This document shows, one piece after another, positions 25,601 through 37,100 of a DNA stretch of 64,000 nt. Numbering within the stretch: position 1 is the stretch's first letter; each line of letters opens with the position of its first letter. Below the pieces are notes generated by a model that saw only the letters and a program-made list of their open reading frames with translations, was not told where the DNA came from and searched no databases. Source of the stretch: Klebsormidium nitens (taxonomy: Eukaryota; Plantae; Klebsormidiophyceae); assembly GCA_000708835.1 (NCBI GenBank), contig DF236952.1, forward strand, positions 1 through 64,000. Direction: 5' to 3'. A program made the translations under genes and the position numbers.

Positions 25601-27857
25601 GCGGCCGAGGCTTGGGCGTCGTGTCATGCCCCTCGTCCTCCGACAACAGCGCATCGACGGCGGTCCCTCTCCCCGTCGGCCCCTTCAGATTCGACCCCCC
25701 CCACCGCAGCCCCCCGTCGCTCAAACGGTGCAGCTCAAACCCGTTCTCCCGTTCGAGCAGCTCATCAGACACCCGCTGCGGCAGCTCAAACACGCGACTG
25801 TTCCTCCCCAGCTCCGCCCCGTTCTTCGGCGGGGTGGACGAGAGTGGCGACATCCTCGACGCGCGTGATCCCGGCCTTATGGCTGACAGGGGTGGGCTAT
25901 ACGGAAAGGTGGGGCTCCTGGGACTGCTCGGGTGGCTCTCCACCGCCCGCCCTGGGCCCCGCCGGTTCTCCCTACCGCCGTACCCGTCCATGCTGATGCT
26001 GACGTGATTTGACAATCTCGGGAGGCTCCCGTCAGCATCGGATTCGCGGCGCGTGGCGGGGTCCTCGACGCTGTCGTTCTCGCTCGACATGCTGACGCGG
26101 GGAAGGGGGATGCGGCCGGGGTCCTTGAAGATAAGGCTGCAGTACCCAAGGAAAAAGGCTAAGCTGTGACGGTTTCTGGCCCTTGCTAAGATAATGGCAG
26201 GAAAGATGAACCGTTTCGCCAAGTGTCTGACTATAACTGCTTAGCTCAACCCGAAAGTATGCAGGCTTGACGGGATGCATATTAGCATTGAACAAGCCTA
26301 GAAAGCAATTGTGATGTTTACTCACCCCAGAAAGGCGCAGATAAGAGCAACGACCGACAGGTTGAACGAGATGTCCAACCAGGCGGGGGTTCCTGCGAAG
26401 CACCTTATCGTCTGTCAGGGTAATGCAGTCCACTCTTCCTTTGTCTTCAAGTCGTAAGGTGACATGACTTCAGAGCAAAGACGGCTGCTAGCGGCAGAGA
26501 AAGCATAGTGCTCTGACGCAGAACGGGTGGCAGCCATATGGTCACGACAAGACAACTCCGACCTGCAGAATCTAGCCAAGCAGGCTCGACGAACTGCATT
26601 GATTTTTGGATTCAGCGTGTTGGCCTGCGGAGACGATGTTTTCTGTGACGTGTATAATGAAGTCAAGTGACGCGCTTCTGTGTTGCATCCGGCCTTCTGC
26701 TGATTTGCGTCTGCTTGAACAGGGTCTTCAGATTGCTGACAATGCCAGAAGCAGCTCACCTTCTCGGATTAACAATATGTAAGTGGCGAATGACGTTGCT
26801 ATGCATGCTCCTATGTAGCTGGGGAGAAACGCTGCTGTGTAACTGTATACGCCCTTCTTCCATTGGGACCACCACAATAGGCCGGCGCCAAGAGCAGCTG
26901 CACCCGAGGGTAAACGGTCATCAGGACGGTCGAGGTTATGAGATGGAACAGGATGGTTCAGGGCTGTAAGCAGAAGGGTCAAGAGGATGGTTAAGGGGAG
27001 CTTCCATTAAACAGTGGCAGAAGATTCTGAGCTGCCTTGATCTCTTCTGAGTAAGACAAAAGGTCAGGCCGTCCTGGCATTTGAAGACAAGCACAAGCTT
27101 CCTTTGAAGCCAACTAAGGCGCCTCGGCAGTGAAGCTGGCTTGTCTTGATCACAGAACATCGTCCACAGCTCAGCTGAGGCAGATGGCTTTTAAGAATTG
27201 CTGCGAAGGAATTTCTTGATGCCAGCCAGTCTGTGAATGGAATGCTACTCGAATCCCAAGCCTCCGCTTAAGACTCTTGCTACTTTGGCTCTCCAGATTC
27301 GAACACCATCTTCAGGACCTATTTTGAGGAAGAGACGGTACTTACCAATGATGGCTGCGTAACCATAAGGACTCCGGGTTTGTACTGCCCACACAATGTT
27401 GCTAAAAGCTGCAAAGACCCCGGGCGCCAAGCCCCAGGGGATCACAAGCGAAAGCCAGGGAGGCGTCCGCTGCTGCATCAGAAGTTAGCTTAGTGAACGG
27501 TCTTGATCCATGAGTAGCGTCTTGACTTGAAATGGATTGATGCAAAGGAACACTTGTTTGCCACCAAGCTTCTACACACGGATGGGGAGAAGTCAGAGCA
27601 CCACAGAAGGCTCTGCCGGCACATATTGAAGCGTCTCATTGGAGGACAGTTTTAAGTTTAGGGACTGAGTGAGAGCAACGGAGGCGACAAAAGAGCGAAG
27701 CAACCATCAGAGAAGCAATTATCAAGGTTTAAGCAATGTGGACAGGCAAACATACCTCGTCTTCATCCGCAATACCAGACCAAAGTACGTTCGCAGTTTG
27801 GCGCTTTGTCCCTGCAGCCTCGGTCTCTTCAGGCATTCCCATGCTTTGAGCGGGCAT
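22621..27857 (-). CDS. DHHC-family protein S-acyltransferase (palmitoyltransferase)-like with variant HHHC motif
   Basis: Hydrophobic TM exons at ~27345-27470, ~26750-26890 and ~26325-26392 are followed by GLIFKDPG. The zinc-finger CRD reads PYCHICK|[32 protein letters not shown]|QRNH (25590, 24976-25070, ~24640). The TTxE-like motif is [20 protein letters not shown] (~23275-23337) and the PaCCT-like motif is [16 protein letters not shown], then stop at 22621-22623. The start ATG at 27857 is inferred. Confidence 0.88.
24870..24907. repeat. 19-bp tandem duplication (intronic)
   Basis: accggacaatagacctacc x2. Confidence 0.95.
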
Positions 27858-28101
27858 TCTCCCACATTACCCAAGATGATTTATCCGGAGCGCTCCTGTA
27901 ACATCAAAACGGAGTCTTTGTGTCTGTCTGTATGTAGGCGACCACAATGCCTCACCGCATCGAATGTTACTTCTCAGACTCCCAATGCAGAAGCCTGAGA
28001 AGGCCCGGCAGAAGGGCACTACTCATAGTCGCACATATTATTATATGCATATTGGAACGACATTTCCTACCCTCCCTTTGCATCCCTTCTTCTGCTTCCT
28101 C

Positions 28102-28110
28102 AAACCCTAA
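28102..28110 (+). promoter_or_regulatory. Telo-box AAACCCTAA in the S-acyltransferase/thioredoxin divergent interval
   Basis: Exact motif between the two opposing start codons (27857 and 28452). A single short motif could be chance. Confidence 0.4.
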
Positions 28111-28451
28111 AATCACCTGACCTGGTGATCAATCTTCTAAGTTCTAGCTGATGCACCACTCATGCGTCATGTTCAAGCCCCCCCCTCAATTGAGACAGCA
28201 CGCCGCTTACCAGCCACTGGCAATACGAAGGTGCCGAATTGAGGGGCTTCTTGCTCACAAGGCAGTAGGCCAGGCCGAGCTCCCACCGGATATGTGGATA
28301 TAACGTACCCCCCACGGTAGAACACCACGGGATCCCGCAAAATTTTGCACGCCTAGTCACAGTGTAGGGAAAGGTAGCCCTAATTCCAGGTGCAGGATCA
28401 GTCATTTTGCCATTCTCAAAAGTCCGCTGATCAAGGCAGGAGGCGACCGCC

Positions 28452-30357
28452 ATGGTGAGCACTGAATCTGCATACGCACTGCAGTGGCAAGGTCCTTTGC
28501 TTGGACAAGGCTCGTTGATTGCAGAGCTTCCAGTCATTTGCTTCGAGTATCTTTGTATGGTCATATGCCTCTGCTTCGTCTTCTATTGCTGTGCTTATGC
28601 ACTTTCAATGTAAGCTGAAAACTCAACTTTGTCTATGAAAGGAACTAATCATCGACTTGCTTGTCATCTTCCTCTGCAAAACAGGTCTGCGTGGCGTGCT
28701 TGTACCCCCTTGTTATCCCTTTCGCGATCATGTTTCCGAGAATCTTCATTGGACTGTGGAACTTTATCCAGGTAAGAGTGGACCCATTCATAGCACCACC
28801 ATCTCATGCAGCTTGAGTCAGCAAATTGAGCAAACGGGGTTCAGACGGATCCACTGGCAGTAAGATGATGTGCCAGTGGGCAGAGTGAAACTTGGAAATT
28901 TCCTTGTAGAAAGTAGGGTCTCGAAGATAGAGCAATGAAGCAGTCTGTCCTGGTCGCAAAAAGTCTGATTGTGCTGCGTTCATTGAGAGGCCTTGCCTCT
29001 GTGCGTATGGATCACTCTCTAACCTTGTCACTCAGAAAGTACCAAATTGTTGCAAACGTTTGATTCTAAACATGGAGATTAGCACAAGCGGACAGGGGCA
29101 GGGGCAGTCAAAGCATAACATTGGGGGGCTGTGGTTGATTTCAATTGTTTACAAGCTCGCTGCACTCACTTCTGTGAACCACCCCAAGAAGAGCTTCAAT
29201 GCATCTGCACAATGCTTCAATGCTTCAATGACAAAGTGTTATGTTTCTGTGATGCAGCACTTTTTTGCCTCCTTGTTTGGTTATGACCTGCCGGCAGCTG
29301 AGACAGAGGTCAGATCATCATCCTGCTCAAAATCCTCACATTGAGAGTTGATCAGGGGCCACGTATCTTTATTGTGTGAACCCGCCACGACTTGCAATTC
29401 TTTCAATCATGCAAACATGCTACACCTCAAGTCTCTTGTATTTGTGACGTTGAAGGTTGCATATTAGTTTATTTGTGACGTTGAAGGTTGCATATTTGTT
29501 TAGCACTGGCCACCGCAGTGATGCAGAGAAACGTTGTTGCACACGTTGCAATTGTAGGTATCGTCCTATGGACCAGTTTCCCGCATTGGCCTTTTGTTGA
29601 GGGTCTACGCTGTCCTAGTTTTGGGATTTTGCTGATCCATTCCTGTCGAGCAGGTTCAAGACCACGGGCGCGTGGAAGAAATCCGATCAAAGTTTGAGTG
29701 GGACAGCAAACTTAGAAGTGCTGGGACAACGCCGGTGGTCGTCGACTTCACAGCATCTTGGTGCGGGCCCTGTAAAACAATAGGTGAGTGTGCTTCAGCT
29801 TCAGATGACGTGAATCTTGGTGGTCTTCCTGCATCTGTGTCTTCCAATCGACCAACGCAAGTCCCTGCCAGCTGGCTGCACCACGTCATACCCTTGTTCC
29901 GTGAGCGATGTTTTGAGGGCTGAAGCTCAAAGTTTCTTGCACCTTGTCCATTTCCACCCTCTGTCTACCACAGTATCTCAAACTGGCCTTGCTCCTCAAT
30001 CGCCTACAGTACTCGCTGACTCCATTGTTGGTTTTGACGGTCAGAAGAAAGTTGTTCCCGTTAGTGACTTCCGGTTTAATCTGCCGTTGTTTGATGGGAA
30101 AATGAAAGCTTCAACCAGAGCCTAACGTGCCTGGGCCCCCTCTCCATCCAGCACCGACGTATTACGCGCTCTCTTCCAAGTACGAGCATGTCAAGTTTTT
30201 GAAAGTGGATGTTGACAAAGTGCCGGAGGTGGCAGAAGAAGCGGGGGTGCGCTCTATGCCCACATTTCACATCTACAAAGGGGGTAAGAAGGTTGATGGA
30301 ATGGTGGGGGCAATGAAGTTTCAACTAGAAGCAATGGTCAAGCGGTGTGCATATTAG
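28452..30357 (+). CDS. TRX: Thioredoxin (WCGPC) with N-terminal hydrophobic MVCxxC extension (UPF0729/C18orf32-like); 5 coding exons
   Basis: Exons 28452-28454 (ATG|gtgag, context accgccATG), 28685-28771, 29258-29308, 29654-29783 and 30152-30357 are all GT-AG and phase-compatible. They give MVCVACLYPLVIPFAIMFPRIFIGLWNFIQHFFASLFGYDLPAAETEVQDHGRVEEIRSKFEWDSKLRSAGTTPVVVDFTASWCGPCKTIAPTYYALSSKYEHVKFLKVDVDKVPEVAEEAGVRSMPTFHIYKGGKKVDGMVGAMKFQLEAMVKRCAY. The Trx domain is certain; the N-terminal exons are my reconstruction. Confidence 0.9.
29439..29500. repeat. 31-bp tandem duplication (thioredoxin intron)
   Basis: tatttgtgacgttgaaggttgcatatt(a/t)gtt x2. Confidence 0.95.
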
Positions 30358-32050
30358 TACAGGGAGTCGAGTACGGCATGTTGGTTTGACCTGCTTACCT
30401 GCATACAGAAGGGCTTTTGTGCCCCTATAGAAAACGGGTGGAGCGTGAATTACATTGCTTTGGATTGATTCGTCAGTTGTAGATTGCGCAAAGGCCTTGT
30501 CACTCAAGATCAAGCCTGATTGCGCACTGTGATATGCATAACTTTCGCAGCAAGATACTTTGTAAATGCTCGATGTCCTGATCCCTTCAAGGGAGTGTGT
30601 CCCAACTTGCATTGAGTTGTACGTACAAGTAGGCTCGAGTGGTGGGCTTGGGACCGCGGTCGTAATCAAGTATAGGCAGTCAAGGTGATCACGAAGCGGG
30701 TGAGAGTGAACGTCTCTACTAATGCCTTGCAGGCTTGTTGACTCATCAGGAATTTGCGTGTTGCAACATTACAAATTTATCATGATTAATGTGTGCCCCT
30801 AAACTTCATTTAGAGGCATTCAAATCAAGCCTAGAACTTCCATGGAGGGTAGCATGCGTAATACAGGCATTGCACATTCAATCACAAGTCAAATGAACTG
30901 CCGCAATTCAATTTTGAAACTTCGCTCGTATGCGATTAATATTGGTGTGAATGAACCGTAGCACAGTGGCCGCAAAACATCTGGCTAGCTCCGCTGTCCA
31001 TGGTCAGAACCATGTGGCATAAGTCACTTGCGCCGGTCAATGCAATTCGTCGAATAAATATACATCCAATTTCGAACATGTACAAGCCCTCCAACGAGCG
31101 TGATTGGACTACATGTGGTCACCCATGCTGAGCGGCTACACTAATGGTTGCGCTACGTGCGTATAATGCCAGCTATAAAAATCTACCTATGCAGCTATAG
31201 GCCGCGCTAGGTATGTCACAGTATGAGCACCCTTACTGTGCGAGTTGACGCCAGTGTTGGCAGATTTTACACAGCTTGCTCGAATCAAAATAGTCAAAAG
31301 TACCCCGGTAAATGAAGGAGTATACAGCTATTATCAACCTCGGTCACATTTTGTCTAAACATTGCAATCGTGGATATATCGTCACTGAATATGGCGGATC
31401 ACACCTGGACAAGTATTCGGAATCCCTGCATATGCATACACGTTTTCGCTTGATCTAGAAAGCGTCCAGAATTGCATGCCATTCCTTGTAGACACAATCC
31501 ACCACAAGCATGAGAAGAACTGTACACGAAGATCGAAATTGTACGCGAGGATTGAAAAGGAAGGTGTCTACAGATGACATCGCCAGAAGTCAACATCAGG
31601 AAACCAATATCAAGCCTGCTATCTGCGATCCAAGTTAGCGCCAATAAACTAAACACTCACAATCTGAGAAGTCTACCCTTGATGGTTGCCAGACCACACC
31701 TGCAAGATGAAACAACCTGACATTTGTAAACAATGGAGCAGGTTGTGTAAGAATCAATCCAGTGGGCATTTACAATGTCAGCGTCAACCCCTAATCAGAC
31801 AACTGCAAGCAGTCAAAGACAGGTCAGCCCCGACAACTCAATGGGTTCACCCCTCCAGGCAGGACAGATTGGTACTGAGCTTTACTCTCAGCAAAGGTAG
31901 GCCAGACTATTGATCAGTCAACAATCTGGATGGAACTTTGCTAGCTTCACCATGAACAAACCACTTGAAGGAATTCAATGCGTCTAACCGATAGACTAAC
32001 GAACCCGTGAACAGACGCAATGCGCCAGTGAGTACTAATCTGCAGTGGTA

Positions 32051-32092
32051 ATGGATGCACAAGTGAGGACTATGGATGCACAAGTGAGGACT
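32051..32092. repeat. 21-bp tandem duplication
   Basis: atggatgcacaagtgaggact x2. Confidence 0.95.
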
Positions 32093-34169
32093 TTGGCCAA
32101 GTAATCCCAGCACATTCTTGACACAGTCAAATGGAGAGCAACGCGACACAGATCCTCCTTGTGGTTTCAACTTTCACGCCATCTTCTTGGTCTTGTCCAT
32201 TATCGAGCATACAGTAAGCTGCCACAAATGGAGACACTGACTCTCTCAGCTTTACTGCCATAACCTCAGGGGTTTGAGTAGATATGATAATCCCCACAGC
32301 TCGTAAGCTCCGGTTTTGTTGAATTTGTCATCACCAGTTGTGGCAGAAGCAAGACAGGAATAGCCAGAGTCTATCATTCACATCCAAATAACAAACCTGC
32401 CAAAAACTTCTTGCTGCTTTCAAATGGTTGCTAGGAATCGAAATCGAAACTCTAATGCAAAAAGGCGGGCAGGAGAGAGGGGTGGGGCTCTGGACATTGG
32501 TGGCATGAGCAATTAAAGAAGAGCACAACCAAGCGTCCATCAGAGAAGTTCATTATATTTTCCTGCAGTGTTTCCAAAGAAACCTCAGGAAGGAAACTGT
32601 CATCATCTGGAGCTTGGCTGCTTGTAAATGTGCCATATTCAGAGCTGACTGCAAAATCTGGTTTCACAGAAAGATACAGAAAAGAAGGATGTTACAACCC
32701 AAGCGACAGGACTCAGCATTGCGGCAAAATAACAGACCTCCTCAAACGCTTCGAGGGATGGTTGTCGAAAGCAAATAGATGTGCTGCTGGTCAACATAAG
32801 GAGCAACAGCAGCACGGAGCAGCAAGAAGGAGGCTCAAAGCGTTGCGTGATGGCATCTCTTTGGTACCCCCTTCGCAGACTATAATCAACAAAGACGCAG
32901 ATTGGTGCATAACACTGCCACTCTCCAATTGAGCACACTACAAGACTGGCAAAGTTTGAGAATGACATACCTGAGCTGCTCGGAATTAAAGCAGCACACT
33001 CCCACGTCTCTCCCAACGCGTTGCTGAAACTGAAACTTGTGAAAGAAACGAGCGGCATCCTTTGTCGCTGCGGCGGCGGCTGCGCTGCGCTCCAGCACTT
33101 TCCAATGCAGATCGGCTTCTCCAACCTTTTGTCGCCATTACCGCCACTACTCTGTAGTTGCACACCGCCCTAGTTGCAAGTAGACTCAGGCTTTCGCCTC
33201 CTGCTGGCGGCGACCACACTCGCGGTGCTGGAGTCAGTACGGAGCTTACCTTTACATGTTTGGTCGCCGCGCACATTGCTGCTTGCAGGCTGGCCTCAGC
33301 CTGCCGGAAGTCTTACGTGCCGGCCGACGGCGTCGGATGGCGCGCCGGCCGCGCCGCCGCGCGGGCCTCTGCCATTACCAGAGTCACCGTCAGTCCGGAT
33401 ACAGAACAGAAACTTGCGAGCGGCGTAGCATGTTTGATAATACCTCCAAGAAGGTTGCTAAAGTGGCCTCACGCACGTACGGTGAGTACATGCAGGCCCG
33501 CGTGCACAATTCTCGGCCTTCCCCCTCAAAACGAGCATACTTCCGAAATTCAGCCTTCACATACTTGTTTGCCTCCCGCGAGCGCATCGGAGGAGTGCGA
33601 GACTAGTGATCTCTTCTTCAGTCGTGCTCGCAGGCAGATTGCAGAGATACGTCACATGAGTCAACAGCACACGTCGTAGGGGCGTCGTAGTATGTTACAT
33701 GGAAAAAGATCAATTTGAAAGCGACGGGGCATACATAAGCCACGGATGCTGATAACGGCAGTGCATGCGAAAAGATACACCTCAACTGAATGAGCAAAGT
33801 TCCCCCAGTTCAGATTTATGTATGACCTTTGACTATGGCCCTATGAACTCGCGCTCAGCAAGATCTACAGTGATGTGTCTGTTGCACATACCTCTGATCC
33901 ATCTGTGGAGGCAGATCCCTGTACACCAAGTCCCAAAAGTTGCAAACTCTATAGCACAGAATGGAGGGCCACATACAGTACACAAATGTTACCACAGCTC
34001 TTACAACATCGAGTTTACTCTGCAAGTAAGTAATCTCAATAACGGCTCTATCTGGTTATCGACCTGTCCCCCTCGGATTCACAATCGTAGCTCATTGATC
34101 TCCACTGTATAAAAGACACAACAAGTCTGCGCTGCAAGACTGTGTGCCCTGTTCAACGTCAAGGAATCA

Positions 34170-37100
34170 CTATGCAAGAAGCGTTGAGCAAGCTCTGGCA
34201 ATTTCGTCTCGTAAGTTGTCCACGGGCCCATGTTCCGGGGTCCAAACGCCAGGGTTCAGATACACTCCGGAGTTCGCGAGCAAAGACTGAGCGGCTGGTC
34301 GGCCGTACATGCGTGCGTAAAGTGTTAGATACTCATAATCCTGCACAGAAAGGAAGCAGTGTCTCAGCAGAACTCCTTTCTTCGAGGACCTTTTGACAAG
34401 GGTCTGCTATGTGGTAGAACTTGGTTGAAAGTGAAAGGTGTGTGCTCTGATAGGGGGGCGGAATGAGTAACGCGTTCAAGCCTCGGCTACGTAGTCGTCC
34501 ATGGAACAACCGGCAAGGGCGAATCCCAATACCGGGCAGTAGATCGGGCGTCTAGTCGGTTACCCGAAGGTTTTGGTTGGACCAGGATCCAAATTATAGC
34601 ACGAGGAAATGGGAAGGCGTGCCCAAAGCTTTTGGACCTGTATGCTTCTTGTCATCGCAAGTATGCGCCAAGATGATTGATAGATTCAAGGGTGGAGCAC
34701 CCTCGTCGCGCCACTGGTCATCAAGCTGCTTCCACGTCCGTTTCGGATTCTCGACCGAAGGCAGTCTTCACTGCTCGTCAAGGAAGACAACGCACCGTAG
34801 AAGCAAGCACGGAATGTTGCAAACCTCCGCTCCCTTTCCAGAGACTGGAAGCATTCTTTCGTGCAGATATTGCTTAGATGATGACAATACACAAGAGTCT
34901 GTTGAACCAAAACGAGACCTCGCAATAGGGGAGCCTAAAGAGGCAGATGACGGAAAGAGCAAGGCCAAGACGCCAAGGTCCGTTGACAAACGAACAGGTT
35001 TGCACTTTTTACCTGCATTCCACTAAGGAAGCGCTCAAGGCGACACGAAGCGACGGGTTCGGTGTTCTCAGGGGAGAAAGCCTGGCCCGGATAGAAGAGA
35101 ACGCCATCGCCGAAAGGCAGCCCCGGCCGGAAGCGGATCTGCGGACGCAGAAATGACAGGAAGGTTCAGCCGGGAGGAAGGACACGGTTGACTCCCAACT
35201 GGGTGAGGCGAGTTTTGACACGGGGGCGAAGGCAGGGGTGTAAGAAATCTGTGCTAAGAGGGTTGAGAAAATGGATATGAGACGGGCTAGGCAGGTCGGC
35301 GAGAGGTTCCAAAGCGCAAGTCTCCCAATCTCTGCGCGTTGACAGATAGGCGGTCCAAAGCGCTGCAACAATCACCAGGCTGAAGTTTTGCTGTATTGGA
35401 TCGTCATGGCGAAGGCAGCGCTTAAGCTCAATCGTTGCTCAACTCAGAACCAACACCGCAGGGAGTGACCAGTAGAAACTTGAGACCCAATACTGCGTGA
35501 GTGATAAGCACGGAAAGTCACGCTTCCGACATCGACTTCCAACCCCCGAGCAGCAATCTGGACGAGTCTTCGTTTACCGCCTCACATGTCAGCAGCGTCA
35601 CTTGAGTGAATTGCACTCAACAAAGAGCTTCAATCTCACCTCGGCGGAGGGCGCGCGCGCCTTGTCGTAGCAGTTGGTGCCCCAGTAGAGGAACCCGGTT
35701 CCCCCCTCCTTCCAGACCCGCCAGAGGACGGCCCGCTGCTGGGTGCCGCGCATGCCCAAATGCAGGTTGGGCTGCGGGTCGCCGGGACCCATGCACACGT
35801 ACGACCACCACTGCTGGCGGGAGAGAGGGCACAGCTCAGGACTCTTAGGGGACTTTTCAGGTGTGTTGACAGAATGTCTTTCAAGGTGATCCATAAGCAG
35901 ACTGGAAAGTGTTTCCCAGACGTTGCAAGCTCAGCATGTTGCGGGCGACTGGTTGGGCTGCGGGTCGCCGGGGCGCATGCACACGTGCGACCACCACTCC
36001 TGACGGGAAAATACGCAAAGCTCAGCAATTGAGGCCTTTTTCTCGAGTACTTCTTGAGATGTCTTCCAAAGTAATTCACCAATGCGTATGAAAAGTTGGA
36101 GCCTTTGTCTCTTTTACGCTGCAACGCTCAGCATGTCGCGGGCGACTGGCCCACGATGTTCCGCAGTGGCAGTTCATGACCGACAGCGGCTCGAGAATGC
36201 TTGGCCGGCGAACTGCACGGGTGGCGGGGACTGCGTAGGCAGACCTTCTCGCTCCCCGAATTTTGACAGTCGATGAGAGAAGGTGACGGTCCCTAGGAAA
36301 TAGCAGGCACACCAACGGAAGGCTCCTCAAAACAGCAGAGGATTCTGCATTAATTCCTTTTAGACCGACTGAAACAGTAAGCCCCTGGTTTTATCCCTTC
36401 CTCCTGAACACAACAATCCGAGCGCAGCGCCGACATCACTTGTTTTATCTCGCCCTGCACTGACCCTCGCCACGCCCAATGTCAAGAGATAGAAGAAAAA
36501 GACGAAGCTTCCTGGCAAGCTTGCAAAAGCCTTGGATGTAAGTCCCTGCATAGCCTTAAGCGTAATCAATTCTGAACCTACCTCTCCCTCCTCCGCCCGG
36601 ACTTTTGCCCCCATCGCCTCCGCCGCATCCTCGCGCCCCGCCAATGCCCACTGGCTGACGCAGTGCACCTGACGAAAAGCATACGCATGTCACGGTTGCA
36701 CCAATTCCAAACCCGTCACGATATTGCAGCCAAATTCGAAAGAAGTCGGTGTTTCCAGTCGGCCGGAGATTTCAAACAGTATGAGACACACACTGTAGCA
36801 GATTCTACACCAAATGACTTCAATAGGCAGCACAGCTCGGACGAAACGGGTTGAAGATTGACATGCCTGCTGAAAGAATCAAGACCTTCGACAACCCCGC
36901 TTATATTGAAAACGACGAAAAAGACCACAAATAAAATGAACCTGGCAGTGGGGCCGCAGCATCTCCGGGACGCTCAGCAGGCTGTCGATGGTCTGCGGGC
37001 CGACCGCGCCGTCGCGTGCGCCCGAGTAGTAGGTCGTAAGCACGCGCGCGCCGGGCGCGGCCGCGTGGATTTCGGCCGCCATCTCGCGGATGCGCGCGTG

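Noticed and set aside
31900-33680. Possible gene between the thioredoxin and DUF4091 genes, including an RRM-like TYLCNLPASTTEEEITSL (~33560-33660, -) and ORF 33390-33587
   Set aside because: There are splice-like signals on both strands, but I could not build a stop-free, phase-consistent exon chain. The RRM-like stretch terminates after about 35 codons. Unresolved; needs RNA-seq.
34440-34570. GC-rich, structured-looking intronic stretch as a snoRNA or tRNA
   Set aside because: I could not identify convincing C/D or H/ACA boxes or tRNA A/B boxes; an Infernal/Rfam scan would settle it.
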